Shown: piece after piece, positions 9,266 to 19,186 of the stretch
Position numbering within the stretch: the stretch's first letter is position 1
How the letters are laid out: every line of letters begins with the position of its first letter
Source of the DNA: Bacteroidales bacterium
Lineage (GTDB): Bacteria; Bacteroidota; Bacteroidia; Bacteroidales; UBA12077
Assembly (NCBI GenBank): GCA_046545815.1
Contig: JBKGZA010000001.1
Coordinates: 1,431 to 65,430, forward strand
Reading direction: 5' to 3'
DNA: 64,000 bases
Notes under the pieces: generated by a model
Seen by the model: the letters and a program-made list of their open reading frames with translations, nothing else
Database searches by the model: none
What the model was told of the DNA's origin: nothing
Translations under genes and position numbers: made by a program

Positions 9266-9822
9266 AGTGGAGAAAGATAAACAGAATATTGCACAGGGAC
9301 CTGGGATATTTCTTCTTTGGCATGACCATAATATACGCCTTGTCGGGGATAGCGCTCAACCACCTGGATGACTGGAATCCAAGCTATGTAATTACACAGA
9401 AAAACATCACCCTGGAATCCATCCCGGAAAAAAGGGAGAAGATAGACAGGGCTTATGCATTGAGCATTGCAGAAAAATTTAATGAAAAGGAAAATTTCAA
9501 AAATTATTATTTCCCCGAACCCAATCAGCTGAAAATTTTTATAGAAAATGGAAGCATAGAAGTAAACCTTGAAAACAGAGAAGGAAAGATTGAAAAATCA
9601 GAAAGAAGGCCTGTATTCTACCAGGTCAATTATCTTCATTATGCTCCCGGCAAATGGTGGATTTATTTTTCTGATATATATGCAGTGGCACTTATTATAT
9701 TAGCCATCACCGGTTTATTCATTCTCCGTGGCAAACAAGGCATCAAAGGAAGGGGAGCCTGGCTGACCACGGCTGGAATTCTCGTGCCCATCATTTTTCT
9801 TTTTGTTTATAACCAGTTATAA
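9262..9822 (+). CDS. PepSY-associated TM-helix family membrane protein
   Basis: The N-terminus WRKINRILHRDLGYFFFGMTIIYALSGIALNH is typical of the family, and there is a C-terminal TM pair. The start overlaps the upstream stop (ATGA). Confidence 0.6.
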   Translation: MKWRKINRILHRDLGYFFFGMTIIYALSGIALNHLDDWNPSYVITQKNITLESIPEKREKIDRAYALSIAEKFNEKENFKNYYFPEPNQLKIFIENGSIEVNLENREGKIEKSERRPVFYQVNYLHYAPGKWWIYFSDIYAVALIILAITGLFILRGKQGIKGRGAWLTTAGILVPIIFLFVYNQL

Positions 9823-11187
9823 TATTCCATAAAATGCTCTTCCAATCATCAAGTAAAGGAAAAGGCCCATAATGTCATTAACAGTAGTAATAAACGGGCC
9901 CGTAGCTAGAGCGGGATCAATCTTAAATTTGTTAAGCAACAAAGGAACAAAAGTGCCGAATATGGAGGCAAAAAGAATGCCGGAAAACAGGGCAGTGCTA
10001 ACTGTGATGGTCAATGCAAAAGAATCACTGACAAACAAGTTATAAACAAAGATAAGGGTTGACAATATCACTCCATTGATAGAAGCCACAGCAAGTTCTT
10101 TAAGCAATTTTTGCCCAATTCCGGCGATCCTCAGTGATTTATCGGCCAAGGACTGGACAATGATCGAAGAAGACTGGACGCCTACATTTCCACACATTGC
10201 TGCAATTAATGGAAGAAAAGCTGCCATTTCAGGGTAAATACGGAGGTCTTCCTCGTATTCCCCTATGATTACAGCACCTAAAATACCACCAAGCAAACCT
10301 ATAATCAACCACGGTATTCTTGCACGTGTGTGGTGAAAAGCATTATCAGAAGGTTCCACATCCTCTGTAATACCAGATATCAGCTGATAATCCCGTTCTG
10401 CTTCTTCACGTATCACATCCACAACATCATCTATGGTAATTCTGCCTACCAAACGCCCCAGAGGGTCAACCACAGGTAAAGCAACCAGGTCGTATTTATC
10501 CATCACATTCGCCACTTCTTCTGAAGGGGTATCGGTTTTGACCGAAATCACATCGGTATTGATAATATCCCTTATCTTTGCAGTGCTCGGAGTAAGAAGC
10601 AATTTCTTAAGAGACAGCGTACCCTTGAGTTTATTATCGTCATCCACTACATATACATAATATACTTCGTTGACATCGGCAGCCTGTTTGCGCATTTCTT
10701 TAAGGCAGGTGGTAATGTTCCAGTTTTCATTCACTGAAATAAGTTCTTTGGCCATTAAACCACCCGCTGAATTTTCATCATAGCTTAACAGATCGACTAT
10801 GTCACCTGCCTGCTCCAGATCCTCCAAATAAGAGAGCACTTCATCACGTTTGTCCTCAGATAATTCTCCCAATACGTCAGCTGCATCATCGGAGTCCAGT
10901 TTACCAATAAACTGTTTGGCAATTACATCTCCCGGTAAAACCTCAAGAAACCTTTCCCGGTCATCTTCCTCGAGTTCAATCAGCACATCTGCTGCCTTGT
11001 CACTATCCAACATAATATGTATAAAACGAGCCTCCTCCATGTTGAGCTCGTTATAAATTTCGGCAATATCAGCAGGATGCAAGTCTTCAATCAACTTGCA
11101 TGTACCCTCCTCATCCTGATTGGCTATACGTTCTCTCAGCTCATCCAGGTATTCCTTGGTCAGTTCAAAATTCATAACTTGGGCCAT
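9817..11187 (-). CDS. mgtE: Magnesium transporter MgtE
   Basis: 456 aa with an acidic N domain, tandem CBS region and a C-terminal 5-TM domain containing PFITTVNDIMG. Confidence 0.92.
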   Translation of the reverse strand: MAQVMNFELTKEYLDELRERIANQDEEGTCKLIEDLHPADIAEIYNELNMEEARFIHIMLDSDKAADVLIELEEDDRERFLEVLPGDVIAKQFIGKLDSDDAADVLGELSEDKRDEVLSYLEDLEQAGDIVDLLSYDENSAGGLMAKELISVNENWNITTCLKEMRKQAADVNEVYYVYVVDDDNKLKGTLSLKKLLLTPSTAKIRDIINTDVISVKTDTPSEEVANVMDKYDLVALPVVDPLGRLVGRITIDDVVDVIREEAERDYQLISGITEDVEPSDNAFHHTRARIPWLIIGLLGGILGAVIIGEYEEDLRIYPEMAAFLPLIAAMCGNVGVQSSSIIVQSLADKSLRIAGIGQKLLKELAVASINGVILSTLIFVYNLFVSDSFALTITVSTALFSGILFASIFGTFVPLLLNKFKIDPALATGPFITTVNDIMGLFLYLMIGRAFYGIL

Positions 11188-11201
11188 CTCTAAATATCAT
11201 T

Positions 11202-11969
11202 TTATCCCTGTGACAATTTTCCGGTAATTTCAACGAAATCTTTAACCTCCAATTGTTCAGGCCGTTTCCTGAAACGTTCGTCCTTCACGTCCAAATTTAA
11301 TAAAAAGCCTTTTAAAGAATTCCCTATGATCTTTCTTCTTTGATTAAAACTCTCTTTTACCACCTGAAAAAACAGTTCTTCGTCACATTCAAGCCGGGTA
11401 GTCTGATTCCTTTTAAGACGGATCACAGATGATCTTACTTTGGGTGGAGGAGTAAAAGAATGCGGACCTACTGTAAAAAGAATCCTGATATCATAAAAGG
11501 CCTGCAGAAGCACACTCAATTTACCGTAATTTTTTGAACCTGCAGGAGAAGCGATACGATCGGCAACCTCTTTTTGCACCATGCCAACAAGAAATGGAAC
11601 CTTCTGCCGGTTTTCCAGTACCTTAAAAAAAATCTGGCTGGAAATATTGTATGGAAAATTTCCGATGATGGAAACCGGTGGCTTGAAATAATCTTCTAAT
11701 CTGATTTTCAAAAAATCTTGAAGAATAATACGAGCCTTCAATTCAGGATAGGTGCTCATAAGATAATCCACTGACTCTCTATCTATCTCAACAGCATACA
11801 GGTGTTTTCCAAAATTTTCTTGTAAAAATCCCGTTAAAACTCCCCTCCCTGGTCCTACTTCAAGGACAGTAGAAGTGGGCGCTTCCTTAAAGGACTCTAC
11901 GATTTTGCGGGCAATGTTCTTGTCCCACAGATAATGCTGCCCCAGCGCTTTTTTTGGTGGTACCATCAT
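11202..11969 (-). CDS. rsmA: 16S rRNA (adenine1518/1519-N6)-dimethyltransferase
   Basis: KKALGQHYL and LEVGPGRGVLT SAM motifs. The start is placed at the ATGATG at 11969; the 33-aa upstream extension of the ORF looks non-coding. Confidence 0.9.
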   Translation of the reverse strand: MMVPPKKALGQHYLWDKNIARKIVESFKEAPTSTVLEVGPGRGVLTGFLQENFGKHLYAVEIDRESVDYLMSTYPELKARIILQDFLKIRLEDYFKPPVSIIGNFPYNISSQIFFKVLENRQKVPFLVGMVQKEVADRIASPAGSKNYGKLSVLLQAFYDIRILFTVGPHSFTPPPKVRSSVIRLKRNQTTRLECDEELFFQVVKESFNQRRKIIGNSLKGFLLNLDVKDERFRKRPEQLEVKDFVEITGKLSQG

Positions 11970-12194
11970 GATAAATGAATTTGGTATGGTAAAGTTCGTA
12001 AAAAATATTGGACACTGCGGAAAACAGCAAGGAAAATGCTTATCTCCGTTCAGACAGTGATTTACCAATCCGGCCCTAAAATTTTATAAATTCTTTTAGA
12101 TCTTTTGAAAATCTTTTCCCACTTGATGATTGTTATTAAATCATATAACAGGTAATTTATACACAGATTCAATGATCCATTTAAAATCAAAAGC

Positions 12195-15100
12195 ATGCTG
12201 AACAGAATTATCAAATATTTTCTTGAAAACCGTCTTATTACCATAATTCTTTTGCTTCTGCTGGTAAGTTGGGGTGTCATAGTTTCTCCTTTTAACTGGA
12301 AAAGCAATGTTCTGCCCAATGATCCGGTGCCGGTGGACGCCATTCCAAACCTAGGTGAAAATCAGCAAATTGTGTTTACCCGATGGATGGGCAGGTCACC
12401 TCAGGATATAGAGGATCAGATCACTTATCCTTTGACCACATCTCTGCTTGGTATTCCTGGCGTCAAAACGATCAGAAGTTCCTCGATGTTTGGATTCTCC
12501 AGCATCTATGTCATTTTTGAAGAGGATGTGGAATTTTATTGGAGTCGCTCGCGTATCCTGGAAAAGCTCAATTCATTACCCCAGGATTTATTACCCGGGG
12601 GGGTTCAACCATCTCTTGGCCCGGATGCAACGGCCCTGGGTCAAATTTTCTGGTACACCCTTGAAGGAAGAGACCAACAAGGAAATCCCACCGGTAAATG
12701 GGAACTGGATGAACTACGCTCCATTCAGGACTACTATGTTAAATATGCCCTCTCTTCAGCGGACGGTGTTGCGGAAGTGGCATCCATCGGGGGATACATA
12801 AAAGAATATCAGATTGATGTGAAACCTGCAGCCATGAAGGCATATGATATCAACCTGATGGATATCATGAAAAGCGTAAAAAATTCAAATCTGGATGTAG
12901 GTGCCCGCACTTTGGAAATCAATCGTGCTGAATACCTGGTGAGGGGTTTGGGTTATATAGAAAACCTGGAGGACCTGGAAAATACAGTCGTAAAATCCCA
13001 TAATCATACCCCTTTACAGCTAAAGGAAGTGGCACAAATCACCTATGGGCCGGCACCCAGAAGAGGAATCCTGGACAAAGGTGGTGCGGAGGTTGTGGGA
13101 GGTGTAGTGGTAGCTCGTGAGGGTGCCAACCCCAAACAAGTCATAGATAATGTAAAAGCCAAAATCCAGGAAGTGGAAGAAGGGCTGCCTACCAAAGAGT
13201 TGGATGACGGTACGGTTTCCACGGTAAAGATTGTTCCGTTTTATGACCGTACGGAACTCATTCAGGAAACCATTGGCACACTGGAGGAAGCTTTAAGCCA
13301 TCAAATTCTGATCACCATCATCATTGTAATCCTCATGGTTATGAATCTGAGGGCCTCGGTGCTTATTTCGGGAGTATTGCCTATAGCGGTGCTCATGTCG
13401 TTCATCGCCATGAAATATATGGATGTAACAGCCAATATTGTGGCCTTATCAGGTATCGCCATTGCTATTGGCACCATGGTAGATATGGCGATCGTGCTGG
13501 TCGAAAACATCATCAGGCATCTGGACAGGGCTGACCCGGGTGAGCCCAAACTGCAGGTAGTTTATAGGGGTACAACAGAGGTAGCTTCGGCTGTAGTGAC
13601 GGCAGTCCTGACGACCATCATCAGCTTTATTCCGGTGTTCACCATGGAAGGTGCAGAAGGTAAATTGTTCATTCCCCTCGCTTATACCAAAACATTCGCC
13701 CTGATAGCAGCCATCTTTGTTTCCATCATCATCATTCCAACGCTGGCTTATATATTCTTTTCAGTAAAAGTAAAAGCTGAAAATATCAAAAAAGCAATAC
13801 ATATTGTGGTGCTGTTTGGAGGTATATTTATTGCCACTCAATACAGTGTTTGGGGTGGTTTAGTAATAGCCTTCTTCGGAGCCATCAACCTGACAGCAAC
13901 CTATCTGAAAGAAGAACACAAAAAATATACGTTCTGGGCAAACAATGGACTGGCTATACTGACGGTAGCTTTTATCCTTACAAAGGAATGGCTACCCCTG
14001 AGTCCGGAAAAAACACTCTTTACAAACCTGTTCTTTGTTCTGCTTATCATTGGTATTTTATTTGGAATCTTTTCCCTGGTAATCAGGAATTATTCTGTCA
14101 TATTAAACTGGAGCCTGAGAAATAAGGGAAAATTCCTGGCCGTTCCCGGTTTCATTTTTGTCCTTGGTATGATCATATGGCTGGGCTTCAACTCCTTGTT
14201 TGGGTTTATTGCGGAAGGATTTGATGCTGCAGGTGTAAATATTAAAACATCCGGCGTATGGAATAGCCTCTCCCAGAAATTCCCGGGCATCGGGAAAGAA
14301 TTTATGCCGGCACTCGACGAAGGCTCATTTCTTCTTATGCCAACATCCATGCCCCATTCAGGTATTGAAGAAAACAAAAAAATTGTACAGCACCTGGATA
14401 AAGCGGTGGCATCCATACCAGAAGTAGAATTGGTAGTAGGAAAAGCCGGTCGTGTAGAATCAGCGCTCGACCCGGCACCTCTTTCCATGTTCGAAAACAT
14501 CATCAATTATAAAAGCGAATACAAGACCAACGAGGACGGACACCGCATCCGGTTCAAGGTGGATGAAAACGGTGATTTCGTAAGAGATTCAGCAGGAAAT
14601 CTGATCCCTGACAGATACGGCAAGTATTACAGGCAATGGAGAGATCATATTGAATCACCCGATGATATTTGGGACGAAATTGTAAAAGTCAGTAATTATC
14701 CGGGTGTTACTTCTGCACCAAAGCTTCAGCCCATTGAAACAAGGCTGGTAATGTTGCAAAGCGGGATGAGGGCTCCAATGGGTGTCAAAGTTTCCGGACC
14801 CGACCTCGAAACCATTGAATCGTTTGGTATGAAACTGGAGAATTACCTGAAGCAGGTGCCGTCCATTAAAGAACAATCTGTTTTTGCCGACAGGGTAGTG
14901 GGAAAACCATACATGGAAATTGATCTGGACAGGAATAAAATGGCCAGGTATGGCTTATCCGTCGAACAAGTGCAAAAATATATCGAAGTAGCTGTAGGTG
15001 GGATGAAACTGACTACTACCGTAGAGGGACGTGAAAGATATCCGGTACGGGTCAGATATCCCAGAGAGTTAAGGGAAAATGTAGAGGCAATGAAAGATAT

Positions 15101-15956
15101 CCTGATCCCAACAGATCGAGGTGTTCAAATTCCCTTGAATGAAATTGTGAAAGTTGAATATAGAAAAGGACCTCAGGCAATCAAAAGTGAAGATACCTTC
15201 CTGGTAAGCTATGTGATCTTCGACAAAAAGGAAGGTTTTGCTGAGGTGGATGTGGTCGGGGACGCACAGCTACATCTGAATAATATGATTGATAGCGGCG
15301 AGCTGAAAGTACCGGAAGGAGTAAGCTATACCTTTACAGGAAACTATGAAAATCAAGTTAGGGCCGAAGAAAGACTGTCCTTTGTTGTTCCACTGGTCAT
15401 GGTCATTATTTTTCTGATCCTTTACCTGCAATTCCAGTCCGCACCAACCACCATCATGGTCTTTTCAGGCATAGCCATTGCTTTTGCCGGAGGATTTATC
15501 ATGATATGGCTTTACGGTGAAAATTGGTTCATGGATTTTAGCTTTTTGGGTACCCATATGCGGGACCTGTTCCAGATGAAAACGATAAATCTTAGCATCG
15601 CGGTCTGGGTTGGATTTATTGCCTTGTTTGGAATTGCCACAGATAATGGTGTGGTGATGGCTGCGTATCTGAAACAGACCTTTGAAAAGCACAAACCTAA
15701 AAATATCGAGGAAGTACGTGAGTCAGTTACAGAAGCAGGGAAACAAAGGATACGCCCCACATTGATGACAACAGCAACCACCTTGCTGGCATTATTGCCA
15801 ATATTGACATCCACAGGGCGTGGTGCCGATGTGATGATTCCAATGGCTATCCCGACTTTCGGAGGTATGGCCATTCAGGTCATTACCCTGTTTGTTGTAC
15901 CCATTTTATATTCCCAGTGGAGAGAACGCAAATTTAAAAACATAGCATCAAAATGA
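12195..15956 (+). CDS. CusA/CzcA-family heavy-metal efflux RND pump (extended, 1253 aa)
   Basis: RND layout with two large periplasmic loops. Motifs GIAIAIGTMVDMAIV and FGIATDNGVVM. Extra hydrophobic block between TM6 and TM7. Confidence 0.9.
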   Translation: MLNRIIKYFLENRLITIILLLLLVSWGVIVSPFNWKSNVLPNDPVPVDAIPNLGENQQIVFTRWMGRSPQDIEDQITYPLTTSLLGIPGVKTIRSSSMFGFSSIYVIFEEDVEFYWSRSRILEKLNSLPQDLLPGGVQPSLGPDATALGQIFWYTLEGRDQQGNPTGKWELDELRSIQDYYVKYALSSADGVAEVASIGGYIKEYQIDVKPAAMKAYDINLMDIMKSVKNSNLDVGARTLEINRAEYLVRGLGYIENLEDLENTVVKSHNHTPLQLKEVAQITYGPAPRRGILDKGGAEVVGGVVVAREGANPKQVIDNVKAKIQEVEEGLPTKELDDGTVSTVKIVPFYDRTELIQETIGTLEEALSHQILITIIIVILMVMNLRASVLISGVLPIAVLMSFIAMKYMDVTANIVALSGIAIAIGTMVDMAIVLVENIIRHLDRADPGEPKLQVVYRGTTEVASAVVTAVLTTIISFIPVFTMEGAEGKLFIPLAYTKTFALIAAIFVSIIIIPTLAYIFFSVKVKAENIKKAIHIVVLFGGIFIATQYSVWGGLVIAFFGAINLTATYLKEEHKKYTFWANNGLAILTVAFILTKEWLPLSPEKTLFTNLFFVLLIIGILFGIFSLVIRNYSVILNWSLRNKGKFLAVPGFIFVLGMIIWLGFNSLFGFIAEGFDAAGVNIKTSGVWNSLSQKFPGIGKEFMPALDEGSFLLMPTSMPHSGIEENKKIVQHLDKAVASIPEVELVVGKAGRVESALDPAPLSMFENIINYKSEYKTNEDGHRIRFKVDENGDFVRDSAGNLIPDRYGKYYRQWRDHIESPDDIWDEIVKVSNYPGVTSAPKLQPIETRLVMLQSGMRAPMGVKVSGPDLETIESFGMKLENYLKQVPSIKEQSVFADRVVGKPYMEIDLDRNKMARYGLSVEQVQKYIEVAVGGMKLTTTVEGRERYPVRVRYPRELRENVEAMKDILIPTDRGVQIPLNEIVKVEYRKGPQAIKSEDTFLVSYVIFDKKEGFAEVDVVGDAQLHLNNMIDSGELKVPEGVSYTFTGNYENQVRAEERLSFVVPLVMVIIFLILYLQFQSAPTTIMVFSGIAIAFAGGFIMIWLYGENWFMDFSFLGTHMRDLFQMKTINLSIAVWVGFIALFGIATDNGVVMAAYLKQTFEKHKPKNIEEVRESVTEAGKQRIRPTLMTTATTLLALLPILTSTGRGADVMIPMAIPTFGGMAIQVITLFVVPILYSQWRERKFKNIASK

Positions 15957-17194
15957 ATACGATAAATAAATTGATACTGATGATTCTGTTTGGAGCCTTA
16001 ACCTGGAATTTATCGGCTCAGGAGAATACCCTCAATGAATACCTGGTAGAAGCAGGGGAAAACAATCCCGGCCTTAAGGCAGCTTATCAGGAATATTACG
16101 CTGCACTGGAAAAAATACCCCAGGTAGGTGCTCTGCCGGATCCCAAATTAAGCTTTGGTTATTTTATAAGTCCGGTGGAAACACGCCTGGGACCTCAACA
16201 ATTTAAAGTTTCAATTTCACAGATGTTTCCGTGGTTCGGAACCTTGAAGGGAAAGGAAAAAGTCTCGGCGGAAAAGGCCAAAGTAAAATACCAGAAATTC
16301 AACAGTCTGAAAAATGAAATATACAAAGATGTTAAAAAGAAATGGTATGAACTTTACAAGGTACAGGAAGCCATCCGAATTACAAGGAAAAACCTGGAGG
16401 TGCTGAATTCCCTGAAACAGATCACAGATCGTAACTATGAAACAGGGGAAACACAAATGACTGACATCTTGAGGCTTAAGGTCAATATCAGGGAACAGGA
16501 AAATGAACTGGAAGATCGGCAGGAAAAGCTTGCGACATTGAAAACAGAATTCAATCTGTTATTGAATAAAGATGAAACTGCATCCATAGATCCGCCGGAA
16601 GAAATTGTTCAGGACAGCTTTGATCTGGTTGCATACAGAGATTCAATAAGAAACAACCCTGACCTTACTGCCTTGAAGCATAAAGAAAATTCGCTTGAAC
16701 ACGAATATGAAGTAGCAAAGAAACAAGGATATCCGAATATTTCACTGGCTTTGGAATATGCAGTGATCGGAGAAAGAACAGATATGCAGGCAAATAACAG
16801 CGGGCGGGACATATTCATGCCGATGATTGGCATTAGTATACCGATTTACAGGAAAAAGTATGATGCCATGCAGAAGGAAAAGCAATTGGAGCTTGAGGCA
16901 GTACAATCCCTTCAGCAAGAACAGGTTAACAGTCTGTCATCTCAATATAAAAATGCAGAAGAGCAATATGTGGATGCCCTTCGAAAGGTGAACCTGTACA
17001 AAGAGCAAACCGAGGAGACAGAACGGATTTATAACTTGCTAAAAACCAGCTATTCGGCTGACGGCCAAGACTTTTATGAACTGCTGAGAACACGTTTGAT
17101 GGCACTTAAATTTGAGCTTAAATACGAAAAAGCAAAGGCCAATCAAAATATAGCAGTAGTTAAAATGAAATATTTAACCAATCAAAACCAATAA
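15953..17194 (+). CDS. TolC/CusC-family outer-membrane efflux protein
   Basis: 413 aa with a signal peptide and repeated coiled-coil/beta pattern. The start overlaps the pump stop (ATGA). Confidence 0.85.
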   Translation: MNTINKLILMILFGALTWNLSAQENTLNEYLVEAGENNPGLKAAYQEYYAALEKIPQVGALPDPKLSFGYFISPVETRLGPQQFKVSISQMFPWFGTLKGKEKVSAEKAKVKYQKFNSLKNEIYKDVKKKWYELYKVQEAIRITRKNLEVLNSLKQITDRNYETGETQMTDILRLKVNIREQENELEDRQEKLATLKTEFNLLLNKDETASIDPPEEIVQDSFDLVAYRDSIRNNPDLTALKHKENSLEHEYEVAKKQGYPNISLALEYAVIGERTDMQANNSGRDIFMPMIGISIPIYRKKYDAMQKEKQLELEAVQSLQQEQVNSLSSQYKNAEEQYVDALRKVNLYKEQTEETERIYNLLKTSYSADGQDFYELLRTRLMALKFELKYEKAKANQNIAVVKMKYLTNQNQ

Positions 17195-17197
17195 GTC

Positions 17198-19015
17198 ATG
17201 AAATTCAATATAAAACGAAAGAACATTATTCAGGGAGCCGCTCTGGTAGTTGGTGGTATTATACTGGGAGCGCTTCTGTTCAGCTCTTCAGGTAAAGATG
17301 CATCAGGTACTCAGGGTTCGGATGCCGAAGCACACAGCCATGAAGAAAATGCAGAGGAAGAAACCGTATGGACCTGCTCCATGCACCCACAGATTAGGCA
17401 GGATGAACCTGGTGACTGCCCGATATGCGGGATGGAACTGATACCGGCCGATGAAGTCGAGGCGGATGAGGAGCCCGGAGAATTCAACATGACTAAAACG
17501 GCGATGAAACTGGCTGATGTCAACACCTCAGAAGTAGAAAAAGGAAAGCCTGTGAAGGACATCCAACTGACAGGAAAAATTATGATAGACGAGCGACTTG
17601 TTACTACACAAGCCGTCCACTTTCCCGGAAGGATCGAACAGTTGTTTCTGAACTTCAAGGGAGAATATGTGCAAAAGGGGCAGACCATAGCAAAGGTATA
17701 TTCACCCGAGCTTATATCGGCCCAGGAAGAGCTCTTTGAAGCACAAAAATCCAGCGAATCCAGTCCGGAATTGGTAGAAGCTGCCAAAGAAAAACTGCGT
17801 CAATGGAAGCTTACTGATGATCAAATCGATGCGATCATTGAAAATGGTGAAGTCAAAGAAGAATTGAATATCAAAGCCAACACAAATGGAATAGTCCATA
17901 AAAAAATGGTGAACGAAGGCGATTATGTCAAAAAGGGTGCCATGTTATATCACATCGCCCGCATTGATAAGGTTTGGCTGATGTTTGACGCTTATCAGGA
18001 AGATCTGCCTTTTATAGAAAATGGAGATAAAATCAACTTTACAGTTTCATCAATGCCCGGGAAAAAATTTGAATCAAATGTAACCTTCATTGATCCAACC
18101 ATGAACAACACAACCAGGGTAGCCCAGATAAGAACGGAAGCTAAAAATAAAAATGGCAGGTTAAAACCAGGCATGTTTGCAGAGGGTACGTTGATATCAG
18201 ATAATCCAGATTCAAGTGAAGAACTTATGGTTCCAAAAAGTGCGGTCATGTGGACAGGGAAACGATCCGTGGTATATGTGAAGCAGCCCAACAGAGATCA
18301 GCCGAGCTTCAAATTGCGGGAAGTTGTTTTGGGTTCATCGCTTGGCGACCGATATATCATTGAGAAGGGTTTAGAGACCGGAGAAGAGATTGCCACAAAG
18401 GGCACCTTTTCTGTTGATGCCGCTGCCCAGCTTGCAGGCAAACCCAGCATGATGAACCAGGATGGTGCTGCAGGCTCGTCAGGGCACAACCATGGAAATA
18501 TGAGCGAATCAGATGATATGGAGCAAGCTTCAGGGTCTATGGAGAAAGACCAGGAAAATATAACATGGCCTGACTCACAGTCTGATCAATACAAAGCATT
18601 GATCAACGATTACATGGCTCTGAAGAATGCCCTGGTTAATGATCAGACGGCAAACAAACAAGCCGAAGAGTTTTTAACCTCCATCTCAAAAGTAGATATG
18701 GACGCATTCTCCCAGCAAGGACACGTGAAATGGATGGAGCATCAAAAAGTGTTTAAGGGAAAGGCACAGGCCATTAGCAAGGCTGAAAAACTTAAGGAGC
18801 AGAGAAACCAATTCATTATACTTGCTGATCATATGATTAAACTTGTTAAAACCTTCAAAGCTCCGGATAATAAATTATATGTTCTGTTTTGCCCTATGGC
18901 AAACGATAACAAAGGAGCTTACTGGTTAAGTGAGGAGAATCAGGTGAAAAATCCGTTTTATGGGGAAAGTATGCTGACTTGCGGGGAAGTCCGGGAAGAA
19001 GTAAGTAATGAGTAA
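17198..19015 (+). CDS. RND periplasmic adaptor (CusB-like) with N-terminal metal-binding CxxC module and a C-terminal extra domain
   Basis: WTCSMHPQIRQDEPGDCPICGMEL module, a HlyD-like core, and about 170 extra C-terminal residues (DUF3347-like, from memory). Confidence 0.85.
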   Translation: MKFNIKRKNIIQGAALVVGGIILGALLFSSSGKDASGTQGSDAEAHSHEENAEEETVWTCSMHPQIRQDEPGDCPICGMELIPADEVEADEEPGEFNMTKTAMKLADVNTSEVEKGKPVKDIQLTGKIMIDERLVTTQAVHFPGRIEQLFLNFKGEYVQKGQTIAKVYSPELISAQEELFEAQKSSESSPELVEAAKEKLRQWKLTDDQIDAIIENGEVKEELNIKANTNGIVHKKMVNEGDYVKKGAMLYHIARIDKVWLMFDAYQEDLPFIENGDKINFTVSSMPGKKFESNVTFIDPTMNNTTRVAQIRTEAKNKNGRLKPGMFAEGTLISDNPDSSEELMVPKSAVMWTGKRSVVYVKQPNRDQPSFKLREVVLGSSLGDRYIIEKGLETGEEIATKGTFSVDAAAQLAGKPSMMNQDGAAGSSGHNHGNMSESDDMEQASGSMEKDQENITWPDSQSDQYKALINDYMALKNALVNDQTANKQAEEFLTSISKVDMDAFSQQGHVKWMEHQKVFKGKAQAISKAEKLKEQRNQFIILADHMIKLVKTFKAPDNKLYVLFCPMANDNKGAYWLSEENQVKNPFYGESMLTCGEVREEVSNE

Positions 19016-19186
19016 CTCGACGGATTTTTAAGGAACACAAAGGTCTTTTTTGACAACCTTCCGTCTTCTCATTCTTCCATTTTTCTTATCGCATCATATT
19101 CTCATTCAGGCACTCAGGCCTTGCATCAAAATTACAAATTCACAATTGAATGATTAAGATGTTAATAGAAATAAACCAAAATAAAG

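Noticed and set aside
12062-12343. 93-aa minus-strand ORF spanning the rsmA upstream region and the start of the RND pump gene.
   Set aside because: It overlaps the well-supported start of the pump gene and the non-coding extension of rsmA. No motifs were found, so it is probably spurious.
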